NCBI GenBank assembly: GCA_965248265.1
Contig: CBDFJF010000001.1
Coordinates: 1,792,001-1,856,000, forward strand
Direction: 5' to 3'
Source of the DNA: Candidatus Latescibacterota bacterium
Lineage (GTDB): Bacteria; Latescibacterota; UBA2968; UBA8231
DNA length: 64,000 bases
Made by a program: the position numbers and the translations under genes. Below, piece by piece: positions 48,390 through 57,576 of the stretch (position 1 is its first letter; every line of letters begins with the position of its first letter). Below the pieces are notes generated by a model, which was given only the letters and a program-made list of their open reading frames with translations, searched no databases and was not told the origin of the DNA.

Positions 48390-48944
48390 CTACTGGAAGA
48401 GCTCCTTCACCTTGCCCCAGGTGTGAATCTCGACCCTGGTCGTTACGGCCACGGAAGGTATCAGGCTATCGAGCTGATCCAGCTGCGATCCCGCTCCCTG
48501 CAGTCGAACGCCAGTGGCATCCTCGAGAATGAAGTGGTCCTCGCGCGGCCTTGGGCTGTGGGCCAACCACGAAATCACGCTCTCTCCGGCGAGGCGCTCC
48601 ACCTGAGCGCTGCCTTCGGAAACGGTCCTGAACTCTATCGTTCGGTCACCGCGCTCAAGTGCCGTGTTGACATCGACATCCCCTCGGATCACACCCAGTA
48701 CAGAGATCTGAGTAGGGGCACTGCGTACGAGGGATTGCACCTGCAACGCCCGCTCCAGGTGCACATCAATCAAGGGATTGAACACATAGATGAGACGTAG
48801 CGGCGCGGCTGTGTTCCCCGCCTCGGTTACGGACGATTGGCCCTCGCTTGGAACGACCGTGCACAGCAACAGGAACATCATGCTGACGATCCCGATCCTG
48901 TTGTGCCCTCGTATGCTTGATTTTTCGTCCATGGTCTTGGTCAC
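48390..48944 (-). CDS. Small exported protein with C-terminal TWGKVK tail
   Basis: Signal-like hydrophobic segment; ends TTRVEIHTWGKVKELFQ. Confidence 0.62.
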   Translation of the reverse strand: MTKTMDEKSSIRGHNRIGIVSMMFLLLCTVVPSEGQSSVTEAGNTAAPLRLIYVFNPLIDVHLERALQVQSLVRSAPTQISVLGVIRGDVDVNTALERGDRTIEFRTVSEGSAQVERLAGESVISWLAHSPRPREDHFILEDATGVRLQGAGSQLDQLDSLIPSVAVTTRVEIHTWGKVKELFQ

Positions 48945-48963
48945 CAGTTTGTTGAGCCGAATC

Positions 48964-50025
48964 TTATTCGGCCCGAATCGAGAAACCTTTCTTCACCTGC
49001 TCCGCCCCATCCAGCACCCTCACCAAAGATAGATGCGGGTTGAGCACCTGTTCGATTTGTACTACCCCAATCCGCGAGGGCAAGCCGATACCGAGTACCG
49101 TTCCCGTTTGCGGATCCTTGAGCTCTCGACCGCGGTTATACACACCGAATTTGTCGCCGTTTTTGACAGCTTCAGCCGAGCCCACGTTAATATACGCGAC
49201 TGTGCCTTCAATATCTACTATTTGTGGATCAGAGATACTGAATTCAGGCGTGGGCCGGATTAGCCCGCTTATTTGTACGGCCAGATCCTGCAGGCTCTGA
49301 CCGACCGCCTGTCCTATCAGCGTAGTCTGGAACTGCTCTGATCCCCATGCGGATTCACCCATCAGATCAAACTGGCGCTCGAGGGGAACATGCACTGCCG
49401 GATTGACTATGCCTGTCCGCTTCGAATCAACTGCGGCATCGGTATGCGCCTCCCCTACCGAACGACCATCCACCTCGCCGATGAGGTTGACGGTGACGGT
49501 GCTGATACCTTGATAACTGCGGTAACCGCCGAGTGGAACCGTAACTCGTTGCCTTTTCATGGTCAGCACTTCGATCTCCGCCATCACGCTGATATCGGCA
49601 CCCGTCAACCGGGCCAGCTGAATCGCCCGCGCTTTGCCGAACAGGCCCTTTAGCTCATCGTCAGTAAGGTGCTGAACCACGGCATCCACGGGGATGATGT
49701 GCAGAAAATCGAATTTGCGCAGACTGTCACCCAGACCGCGTGCGAACTCGGTTTGAATTGCCCACGGTCCCTTGTGGTCTGTCATATCCCTGAAGGGCAG
49801 CAACAAAACGCGCTGCTTAAGCGGGTCGACGTCCTCCTTCGCTGAGCTGGGAGCAACAGCTGGGGGAGGCTCGGCAACTGTAGACGGCTTGGCCTCATCC
49901 GTTTGAGCGTCTGGGGTATTTCCGGTATACCACTCGCTTGCAGGAGCACAACCCTGGTGGCAGAGCAGAGCAGCCATCAAAAATGCTGCTATGCCCCCCC
50001 CTGAGCGCGCGCTGGATCTCATCAT
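48964..50025 (-). CDS. Lipoprotein with CsgG/TolB_N-like domain and FlgT C-terminal-like domain
   Basis: Lipobox-like HQGC; RVLLLPFRD...ARLTGAD; IVDIEGTVAYINVGSAEAVKNGDKFGVY...DPQTGTVLG. Confidence 0.7.
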   Translation of the reverse strand: MMRSSARSGGGIAAFLMAALLCHQGCAPASEWYTGNTPDAQTDEAKPSTVAEPPPAVAPSSAKEDVDPLKQRVLLLPFRDMTDHKGPWAIQTEFARGLGDSLRKFDFLHIIPVDAVVQHLTDDELKGLFGKARAIQLARLTGADISVMAEIEVLTMKRQRVTVPLGGYRSYQGISTVTVNLIGEVDGRSVGEAHTDAAVDSKRTGIVNPAVHVPLERQFDLMGESAWGSEQFQTTLIGQAVGQSLQDLAVQISGLIRPTPEFSISDPQIVDIEGTVAYINVGSAEAVKNGDKFGVYNRGRELKDPQTGTVLGIGLPSRIGVVQIEQVLNPHLSLVRVLDGAEQVKKGFSIRAE

Positions 50026-50043
50026 TCCTCCACTCTCTCTTCC

Positions 50044-51411
50044 TCAGGCAGCCCCGCGAAGTCGGGGCAGGACGTAGGGCCCGCGCGGAACTACGGCGAT
50101 CCGCGATTCTGCGATCCGCGATTCTGCGATCCGCGATTCTGCGATCCGCGATTCTGCGATCCGCGATTCTGCGATCCGCGATCCTGCGATCCGCGATTCG
50201 GGTCCATGATGCTCGACGGCAGAGCGCAAGGCTGCACCGACGGAATCAGCCAATCGGAACAGAGGTAGGGACTCGACTCGTGATGACACCCCTTCCGAAT
50301 ATAGCCACACATCGGCCTTCTGCATGACCTTGCACAACTCCTGAAGTTGCCACTGATCGACGACAAAAAATCCCGGTTGCCTGATACGCTGAAGAAATTC
50401 GTCCACAGTCTCGACTCCGAGCAGTAATTCCGAGAACTCCGGACTGCCGATGCCTTCCTCACAGCGAGCCGCGATGATGATGCTGCCGCCCTCCTTGACG
50501 ACTGGTAGCACTGCCGTCAGCCCTTTGACCGCCTGGTACAGCGTCAGATCCAGCGGATGACCCGCGCTGGAAGTAATCACAATGTCGGCCGGCTCTTCGA
50601 GGAATGCCGATGCCTGCTCGGCGACGTAGCCAACTCCGAGTGCATGCGCGGCCTCGAGCTCCCCACAGAACACGCCGGTTACCTGTCGCTGCTCGTTCAT
50701 GGTCACGTTGACGGTGAAGTCCACCCCCACCGCCTTGGCGACCGCCAGGGATTGCTCGTGCACGGGATTGCCCTCAATGCAACCCTCGGTGGCCTTCGGA
50801 TTGGACAGAATCTCGGGCCCGTGAAAAAACCTGATCGTTTCGACACCGCAAATACCTGGACAGATGGCTTTGCGTCCACCGGAGTATCCAGCCATCAGGT
50901 GCGGCTCGATAAGCGAGATCGCTATTTTCAGGCCGGCGTTCACGAACGTGGAGTTGACCCAGGTCGGCATGCCCATGGCGGTTTGGCCAAGGTGGGTGAG
51001 TTGGTCTTCCTGGCGCGCAACATGGTTGACGATGCGGTAACGGGCCACGATGGATTCTCCTACCAACTCGACGAGTTCTTCGCCTTCGTTCGGCCGGTGG
51101 AGCCCGGTTCCAATGAGAATGGTGATAGCCTCGCGCGCCATGCCTGAATCCTCAAGAACCTGCAGGACTTCCGGTAGAATCAGCGAGTTCGGAACCGGGC
51201 GGGTGATGTCTGAAATGACTATGCAGGCATCCTGGTGTAGGGCTGCCTGTTGCGCCAGCGGCGTGGTCGCGAGTGGGTTTGATAGGCCTTCCCGTACTCG
51301 CTCGGTAGGAGCGTCCAGACCCGATGTCGAGACCATGTTGAGAACCTGTGCATGATCCGGCAATTCAATCGGCAGTCCATCCTTGCCGTAGTCTAGATGA
51401 ATCCGCTGCAT
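50044..51411 (-). CDS. larA: Nickel-pincer lactate racemase family protein
   Basis: LDYGK, ISDITRPVP, GTGLHR, IEPHLMAGYSGGRKAICPG, GNPVH, PLDLTLYQAVKG, EGIGS, DQWQ. Confidence 0.88.
   Translation of the reverse strand: MQRIHLDYGKDGLPIELPDHAQVLNMVSTSGLDAPTERVREGLSNPLATTPLAQQAALHQDACIVISDITRPVPNSLILPEVLQVLEDSGMAREAITILIGTGLHRPNEGEELVELVGESIVARYRIVNHVARQEDQLTHLGQTAMGMPTWVNSTFVNAGLKIAISLIEPHLMAGYSGGRKAICPGICGVETIRFFHGPEILSNPKATEGCIEGNPVHEQSLAVAKAVGVDFTVNVTMNEQRQVTGVFCGELEAAHALGVGYVAEQASAFLEEPADIVITSSAGHPLDLTLYQAVKGLTAVLPVVKEGGSIIIAARCEEGIGSPEFSELLLGVETVDEFLQRIRQPGFFVVDQWQLQELCKVMQKADVWLYSEGVSSRVESLPLFRLADSVGAALRSAVEHHGPESRIAGSRIAESRIAESRIAESRIAESRIAESRIAVVPRGPYVLPRLRGAA
50096..50199. repeat. In-frame 15-bp tandem repeat, 7 copies, encoding (SRIAE)n in LarA
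   Basis: GCGATCCGCGATTCT x5, one GCGATCCGCGATCCT, one 14-nt copy. Confidence 0.97.
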
Positions 51412-51419
51412 CGCGTGGT

Positions 51420-52310
51420 TTACTCGGCCAGCTTTTGCTTCAGATACTGCTTGAGGACCTCGCCATGCTCGCCATCGGCCAGTGCAAAATCGACGAATGC
51501 CCGATAGTAGGTGGACGGCGTGCCGATATCATAGCGCCCCTCCTGCTCGGTCAGACGGACACAGCGCACCTTCTCCTCATTTTTTATCTGGTGCCGGATG
51601 GCGTCGGTGAGCCACAGCTCGCCACCCAGACCCGGCTCGATATTGGCAATCGCGTCGAAGATGGAATTGGTGAAGACATAACGAGCGGCCACGGCCAGGC
51701 GTGTGGGAGCATCTTCGACCGCCGGTTTCTCGATGATATCCTCGATGGCAAACTCCGCACCTCCGTCGTCACGCCCCCCCACGGGCTGCACGATGCCGTA
51801 CTTGACCACATCTTCCGGAGCCACCTCCCAAACGCCGATCGTGGCTGCGGATTGGTTGCTTTCGTGCGATGCGACCATACGAGCGACGACACCGGGATCG
51901 CGGTCTGAATGGACGATGGTGTCGCCGAAGGCGACGACGAATGAGTCGGAGCCGACGAACTCGGCCGCCATGCGCACCGCGTCTGCGTTGCCCGCCGCTC
52001 GCCGTTGGCGGACATAGAAGAAATCCACCCCACGTGCAGCATAGTCGAGTTCGCCGAAGTTCGATTCCCCCTTGCCTGACAACCGGGCTTCCAGCTCGGG
52101 ATCATCATCGAAGTGATCCTCGATCGAGCGTTTCTTGCGTCCGGTAATAAAAAGGAACTTGTCGATGCCCTGCTCGATCAGTTCCTCGACCACATACTGA
52201 ACCACCGGCTTGGAAGCGACGGGCAACATTTCTTTCGGTTGCGACTTTGTCGCGGGCAGCAAACGGGTTCCGAGTCCGGCAACGGGCAACACTGCTTTGG
52301 TGACGGCCAT
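51420..52310 (-). CDS. galU: UTP--glucose-1-phosphate uridylyltransferase
   Basis: KAVLPVAGLGTRLLPATKSQPKEMLP, IEDHFD, YVRQ, IEKP, GELWLTDAI, RYDIG. Confidence 0.92.
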   Translation of the reverse strand: MAVTKAVLPVAGLGTRLLPATKSQPKEMLPVASKPVVQYVVEELIEQGIDKFLFITGRKKRSIEDHFDDDPELEARLSGKGESNFGELDYAARGVDFFYVRQRRAAGNADAVRMAAEFVGSDSFVVAFGDTIVHSDRDPGVVARMVASHESNQSAATIGVWEVAPEDVVKYGIVQPVGGRDDGGAEFAIEDIIEKPAVEDAPTRLAVAARYVFTNSIFDAIANIEPGLGGELWLTDAIRHQIKNEEKVRCVRLTEQEGRYDIGTPSTYYRAFVDFALADGEHGEVLKQYLKQKLAE

Positions 52311-52399
52311 GTTTGTTTCGATCTCGATGAGTCAGAGAAGCGGGAAGCGTGTCTGAAGTTGCATCTGGTCCAGCATCAAGAATTGACTTAACTTTCGTA

Positions 52400-52428
52400 A
52401 AAATATGATATTATCTCGTGTAGATCAA
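52400..52428 (-). promoter_or_regulatory. Possible sigma70 promoter for galU-larA
   Basis: Minus strand TTGATC-N17-TATTTT in an AT-rich intergenic patch. Confidence 0.35.
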
Positions 52429-52441
52429 CGCGATGTGACCG

Positions 52442-54361
52442 CTACCTGGCGTTCTCAATCAAGTCGGCGTAGCGCTCTTCGATGGCGCCCGGAACGATCT
52501 TCTTCAATCCCTTGGTCAAGGTCCCGGTTTCTTCACTGAGTGGTTCGGGAATTACGATGACCTTCTGCGGCCGCTCATGTGCTGGCAATCCCGCCTCGTC
52601 CGCCTCGCGCAGCAGCTGCCGGCGTATCAGCTCGGCAACCTGGCCGGATCCACGCAGGGCCGTCTCATCATCTGGCATCCCCCCTTCGACGGCGGCGAGC
52701 TTCGCCGCCTCCTCCATGTCGACGGTCACGAGCACCAAAGGGGAAGTCCACTCTTGTCCCCCGGTGACGAGGGCGTGCTCGACCAGGGCAGCTCGAGAGA
52801 ATACCCGCTCGAGCTGCTCGGGATTGACGAACTCCCCGTTGCTCAGCTTGAACTGACGTCCCATTCGGCCTCTGAAGGTCAAGAAACCCTCGTCATCGAT
52901 TTCGAACAGATCTCCGGTTCGGTACCAGACCTTTCCTTCGCCCACCCCCGATTCGTCATGTACCAGTACCCTGGCTGTCTGCTCCGGGTCTTCGAGGTAC
53001 CCCTTCATGACATTGGGACCGCTTGCCCACAATTCGCCCGAACGTCCGCCGCTGCCACGATACTGGCCGGTGACTGGATCTCCAAAACCGAGCTCCGTGC
53101 CGTCGGAGGACATCAGCTTGACTTCCAGCAGCGGGCGACCGACGGTCCCACTCTTGCGCCCACCCAAATGATTGGCAGCGATCAGGGGTGCGCATTCTGT
53201 CGTGCCATAGCCCTCATAGGCACGGATGTCGAGGACCTCGTGAAAGAAATCGAGCGCTTCCGGGTCCGCTTTGGCTGAACCGACGATCAGCAACTCCAGA
53301 TTGGGTCCCACCCGCTTGGCCAGTTGATCGCGGATCTTGGCGATCACTTTGCGCCCGATCGTCCCGTGCACGACCCGATCGGCGAGACCACCCCTGCCGC
53401 GGGCCAATCGCTGCTTTGCCTTTACCGAACGCGCTATCATGCGACCCTTGGCTCCGCCTGCGTCAATCTCCTTCCGGACATTCCCGAAGACCTTATCCAG
53501 TACCAGAGGCACGGTCAGAAAGCCCTCGGGGGCCGACAGGCGAATGTCGCTGAGGACGCGATCTGGTGAGCGCGCCAGGTCAAGGACCCATCCCTTGGCG
53601 AGCGGATAGTAGATGTTGAGGATGCCCATGGAGTGATAGTCCGGAGCGGACTTGAACATGCGGAAGGGCTCGCGCTCGCTGATGACATCCCAGACCTCGT
53701 CGACATTGGCCATGATGTTGCGGTGCGTCTGAACCACGCCCTTGGGCAATCCCGATGATCCAGAGGTGTACAGTACCTTGCTCTCGTCGTCAGGCTCTAC
53801 ATGAACTGTTGGAGGAGGTTCGGGGTCGGCGATCAACGCCTGCCAGGAAGTGGCATTTTCCTGTGTCGGTTCACCCTCCGTGAGCACGGTGCGCGGCGGG
53901 TGTGCCAGCTGGGATGTGAGCGCCTGTAGCTGGTCCTGACCCGCCGGATCCACGACCAGCAAGCCAACACCCGAATGGTTGATGATGTGGGCGAGAATAT
54001 CCGGTGCCAGCTTGTTGCACAGTGGCACCACGCTGACTCCGATCAGGTCAGCAGCCAGAAAGACCAGCAGCGGTTCGAGACCACCGTCCATCAGCAGGCC
54101 GATCCGCGTGCCCTTCACGCACTCTGACCGGAATAGTCCGCTGGCTACAGCATCCCGGTCACGCCGCAGTTCGTCGTAGGTGATCGGTTGATACTGCATC
54201 CGGCCCGCAGGGCCGGCGTCCGCAGGGCCGGCGCCCTCGGGTCCGGAGCGGAGCACGCGCACCGCGGTTCGCCGGCCGTACAGGCTCACGCTTCGATCTA
54301 TCAGCTGCCCAAGGTTTTCTGGCAGTTGTTTGGTGTTTTTTGTGCTGGCTTCAGGCATCAT
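52442..54361 (-). CDS. Long-chain acyl-CoA synthetase (AMP-binding)
   Basis: LYTSGSSGLPKGV, YEGYGTTE, GPNVMKGY, YRTGDL, FKLSNGEFVNP, GTLT..LK. Confidence 0.88.
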   Translation of the reverse strand: MMPEASTKNTKQLPENLGQLIDRSVSLYGRRTAVRVLRSGPEGAGPADAGPAGRMQYQPITYDELRRDRDAVASGLFRSECVKGTRIGLLMDGGLEPLLVFLAADLIGVSVVPLCNKLAPDILAHIINHSGVGLLVVDPAGQDQLQALTSQLAHPPRTVLTEGEPTQENATSWQALIADPEPPPTVHVEPDDESKVLYTSGSSGLPKGVVQTHRNIMANVDEVWDVISEREPFRMFKSAPDYHSMGILNIYYPLAKGWVLDLARSPDRVLSDIRLSAPEGFLTVPLVLDKVFGNVRKEIDAGGAKGRMIARSVKAKQRLARGRGGLADRVVHGTIGRKVIAKIRDQLAKRVGPNLELLIVGSAKADPEALDFFHEVLDIRAYEGYGTTECAPLIAANHLGGRKSGTVGRPLLEVKLMSSDGTELGFGDPVTGQYRGSGGRSGELWASGPNVMKGYLEDPEQTARVLVHDESGVGEGKVWYRTGDLFEIDDEGFLTFRGRMGRQFKLSNGEFVNPEQLERVFSRAALVEHALVTGGQEWTSPLVLVTVDMEEAAKLAAVEGGMPDDETALRGSGQVAELIRRQLLREADEAGLPAHERPQKVIVIPEPLSEETGTLTKGLKKIVPGAIEERYADLIENAR

Positions 54362-54530
54362 ATCGGTTCAAAACGATACGGGCGTCCAGTGCGCGAGGCA
54401 AGATAGCGGCGCAAAACAGCTATTTGGCCACCACCGTCAACGTACCAGGCTGTTTTTGTTGACTTTCAAGACTTATACAAGCAGTATATAGGCAACCCTG
54501 CCCCGTATAACCGAGATACAGGCCTCATAA

Positions 54531-57485
54531 ATGGCGGACGAGAAACCCGATACAGCCGAAAACGAGCCGGAGGAACTGGCCACCGCAGCGGACGAAGACG
54601 TTCTGGGGGGACTGGAATCCCTGTTGGATGAAGAGGGCGCTGGACTCGCGCTTCCCGATGAGGATCTGACTGAGGATGATCTCAACGACCTCTTCGAGGA
54701 TGATGACGACGACGCTGAACTGGAGGACGTGGCACCGGCCAGTCGTACGGGACGGGAGGCTAGGCAGGAGCGCAAACAGCGTGACCGAGAGGACTACCGC
54801 AATCTCGAAGCCCACTTGCAGGCGACCCCGTTGGGACTGGTGGTCTCCGACGACAAGATGGCAGTGCGGGTCAGTCGCATTACGGGTGACAATTCTGCCG
54901 AAGAGATCCTCGCTCTGCTCAAGAGAGAGAAGATCGTCAACGGCATCGACCACGAAGCCATTCGCTCCGCCCTTTCCAAAGCGGCCACCGGGCAAAATCA
55001 GTTCGAAGTCACCGTTGCCCGCGGCCAGCGGCCCAAAGTCCTCGAAGAGACCCACGTAGTCTACCACATGCCGGACGACTTGATCACCGATCCCGAAGCC
55101 CAAAAGACCGACTTCGAGCGTCTCAAGCGCCTCATGGAGGGCGAATATCTCGAAGCCTGCAAGAACTGGCAGGGGCCGGTCAAGATGGTGCGCAAAGGCG
55201 ATCTCGTCGCTGAACTGAAACACGCGGAAATCGAGTTGGGATGTGACGTCTTCGGAGAAGAGGTCAACCTCGAGGGTCGAGGTGGCATCTCCCTCGAAGT
55301 CGGCGATAACGTGACCCTCAGCGAAGACGGAACGAAGGCCACTGCCGATCTATACGGCTACGCCGGCCTGCTGGCCGGTCTGGTCACCGTGGTCCCGCCG
55401 ATCTGGATGTCCTCCGATCACATGGAAGCCCGATTCATCTTCTACACCGCTCGCAAGGCGCCGCCCGTGCCGACGGAGGAGGACCTCAACGAGCTGCTGG
55501 AGATGAAATGGATCGAGTATGGCGTGATGGAGAAGCAGATCGAGCTGATCTGCCAGCGGCTGGCGGAAAAGCAGGCGCTGCCCACCACCGTGCCACTCGC
55601 CCAGGGCTCGCCCGAGATCCACGGCGGTGACGCCCAAATCAAGTACTCCTTCGACCCTTTCGAGCTGATCAAGTGGAATCAACTGCAGAGCCTGCTCAGT
55701 GCCAAAGCCCCGGAAGCGATCCAGCACAACCTGACCGAACTCTACGATGGCGAAGAGGAATGCACCATACGCTTCAAGGCCGTGCGCCCGGGTGAGGTTG
55801 TGGCTGAGAAGCTGCCAGCTACGCAGGGCGTCGTCGGCCGGGATATCCAGGGAGAGGAAGTGGCCCCTAACGAGGGCAACGACGTGCCACTCGAGGTCGG
55901 CGAGGGACTGGCCATCGACGATGACGGATTGCGGGCCAAGGCCGAGCACTATGGTTACGTGGCGCTTCGCTGGGACATCGAGACCAACGTCCTCTCACCA
56001 CTGTGGATCTCCCCCGACCGCACAGCCGTGTATTTCCTGAACCTGCCCCAGGCACAGAACCCGAGATTCCCCTCAGTCGAGGACATGCAGAACCTGCTGG
56101 ACAAAGAGGGGGTCGTTCACGGGTTCACCCCTGAGCGATGGGCGGAGATCCTCGCGGAACTGGAAGAGGGCAAACACACCAAGGACTATGTCATCCTCGT
56201 CGCCCAGGGAACGCTGGCGCAGCCTGGCTCGGACGCTGAGTTCGACTGGATGGTAGCGATCGACAACAACAAGCCCGGCCGCATCATGGACGACGGCTCC
56301 ATCGACTTCCGAGACCGAAATCTGAACACCGTCGTCAAAGAAGGTGATATGCTGGGCAAGCTGGTGCCCCCCAAAGTCGGCGTTGCCGGCAAGGATGTGT
56401 TCGGCAACGAGTTGCAGCCTCCGTCACCGCTCAACATCGAGGTCGTCACCGACTCTCGCATATACGCAGAACCCGTCGAGGGCGGGGCCATGGCCTTCTA
56501 TTGCGAGACGGGCGGCGGCATTTCCACGGACGCGGAAATCAAGAAAGTGAAGGGCCGCACCCACAAGCGCATCAACATCGGCGTGTACCCGATCTCCAAC
56601 ATCGAAGGGGATATCGACTACTCCACCGGCAACATCGATTTCAATGGCGATGTCGTGGTCGGCGGCTCCGTTCAGTCACAATTCTCCGTCAAGGCTACCG
56701 GCACGGTTACGATCGGCGGCTATATCGAGGCGGGCGCTTATGTCACCGCGGGCCAAGATATCCTAATTCAGCGGGGTGTCGTCGGAGCCAGCACCGAACT
56801 GGTCGCGGGCGGGGACATCATGTCCAAGTTTATCCAGGAAGCCACAGCCCGGGCCGGTGGCAACGTCAAGGTCGGCAGCTATATCTTCAATGCCTCCGTG
56901 CGCGCTCGTGGAGAAGTCATCGTGCCGGGGATGGGCGAAGGCAAGTCTCGGGCGCTGGTCGGGGGATTGATTTGGGGGGCCAAGGGCATTTCGGCCCGCT
57001 CCATCGGATCTCCCTACAATGCGGGCACGCGGCTCGTCGTCGGCATTGATCCCGATCAGGTCAACCGTGCCGATCAGATCCGTGCCAACATGCACGCCTG
57101 TCAGGAGAAACAACGCAAACTGCTCAAGAAACTGGGAGTCGAGAGTCTCGACGTATCCTTGATCAAGCAGAGACTCGCCCGATGTCCGTCACCCAAGCAG
57201 AAGCAGGCCATGTTGATGGCGGTCAAACGCATCGCCAAGGTTGCTGAGTTGGAGCAAAATCAGCAAGCCGAGTTGGAGGAAATTGCCGAGGCTCAGCGCA
57301 AACTTTCGCACCAGACCAACATCAATGTCGTCAGCGAACTCTTCGCCGGGGTCGAACTGCGCATCGGTGAACAGACCGAGACCGTCCGCGAGGACAAGGA
57401 AAAAGTCAGCTTCAAGTTGGTAACCGAGGACGAGGAAGTGAAGATCCAGGAGGAAGTCCTCTCTAAGACAATCAAACTGAGCTGA
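54531..57485 (+). CDS. FapA/DUF342 family protein with triplicated N-terminal module
   Basis: DGSIDFR...VKEGD...G.DVFG, GDIDYSTGNIDFNGDVVVGGSV beta-solenoid, C-terminal coiled coil; acidic N-tail. Confidence 0.82.
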   Translation: MADEKPDTAENEPEELATAADEDVLGGLESLLDEEGAGLALPDEDLTEDDLNDLFEDDDDDAELEDVAPASRTGREARQERKQRDREDYRNLEAHLQATPLGLVVSDDKMAVRVSRITGDNSAEEILALLKREKIVNGIDHEAIRSALSKAATGQNQFEVTVARGQRPKVLEETHVVYHMPDDLITDPEAQKTDFERLKRLMEGEYLEACKNWQGPVKMVRKGDLVAELKHAEIELGCDVFGEEVNLEGRGGISLEVGDNVTLSEDGTKATADLYGYAGLLAGLVTVVPPIWMSSDHMEARFIFYTARKAPPVPTEEDLNELLEMKWIEYGVMEKQIELICQRLAEKQALPTTVPLAQGSPEIHGGDAQIKYSFDPFELIKWNQLQSLLSAKAPEAIQHNLTELYDGEEECTIRFKAVRPGEVVAEKLPATQGVVGRDIQGEEVAPNEGNDVPLEVGEGLAIDDDGLRAKAEHYGYVALRWDIETNVLSPLWISPDRTAVYFLNLPQAQNPRFPSVEDMQNLLDKEGVVHGFTPERWAEILAELEEGKHTKDYVILVAQGTLAQPGSDAEFDWMVAIDNNKPGRIMDDGSIDFRDRNLNTVVKEGDMLGKLVPPKVGVAGKDVFGNELQPPSPLNIEVVTDSRIYAEPVEGGAMAFYCETGGGISTDAEIKKVKGRTHKRINIGVYPISNIEGDIDYSTGNIDFNGDVVVGGSVQSQFSVKATGTVTIGGYIEAGAYVTAGQDILIQRGVVGASTELVAGGDIMSKFIQEATARAGGNVKVGSYIFNASVRARGEVIVPGMGEGKSRALVGGLIWGAKGISARSIGSPYNAGTRLVVGIDPDQVNRADQIRANMHACQEKQRKLLKKLGVESLDVSLIKQRLARCPSPKQKQAMLMAVKRIAKVAELEQNQQAELEEIAEAQRKLSHQTNINVVSELFAGVELRIGEQTETVREDKEKVSFKLVTEDEEVKIQEEVLSKTIKLS

Positions 57486-57576
57486 CTTCATCAGTGGCGT
57501 CAGTCCACAAACCCAGCTGACAATCTCCCTTCATCATCATCATCTTGTTCAATCATCATCGCCATCCGCAACCGCA

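Noticed and set aside
50096-50199. CRISPR array
   Set aside because: Contiguous 15-bp units with no spacers, in frame within larA, and no cas genes.
54459-54490. Sigma70 promoter for the FapA-like gene (TTGACT...TATATA)
   Set aside because: The 20-nt spacing is outside the normal range.
19296-57485. Flagellar locus suggested by FlgD-Ig, FlgT_C, MotA-family and FapA domains
   Set aside because: No flagellin, hook, rod, ring or export genes are present. The FlgD-like parts are C-terminal tags on large proteins, and the motor pair has ExbB/ExbD motifs rather than a MotB peptidoglycan-binding domain.
57531-57566. (CAT)n microsatellite upstream of the racemase-family gene
   Set aside because: Short, imperfect and intergenic, with no evidence of function.
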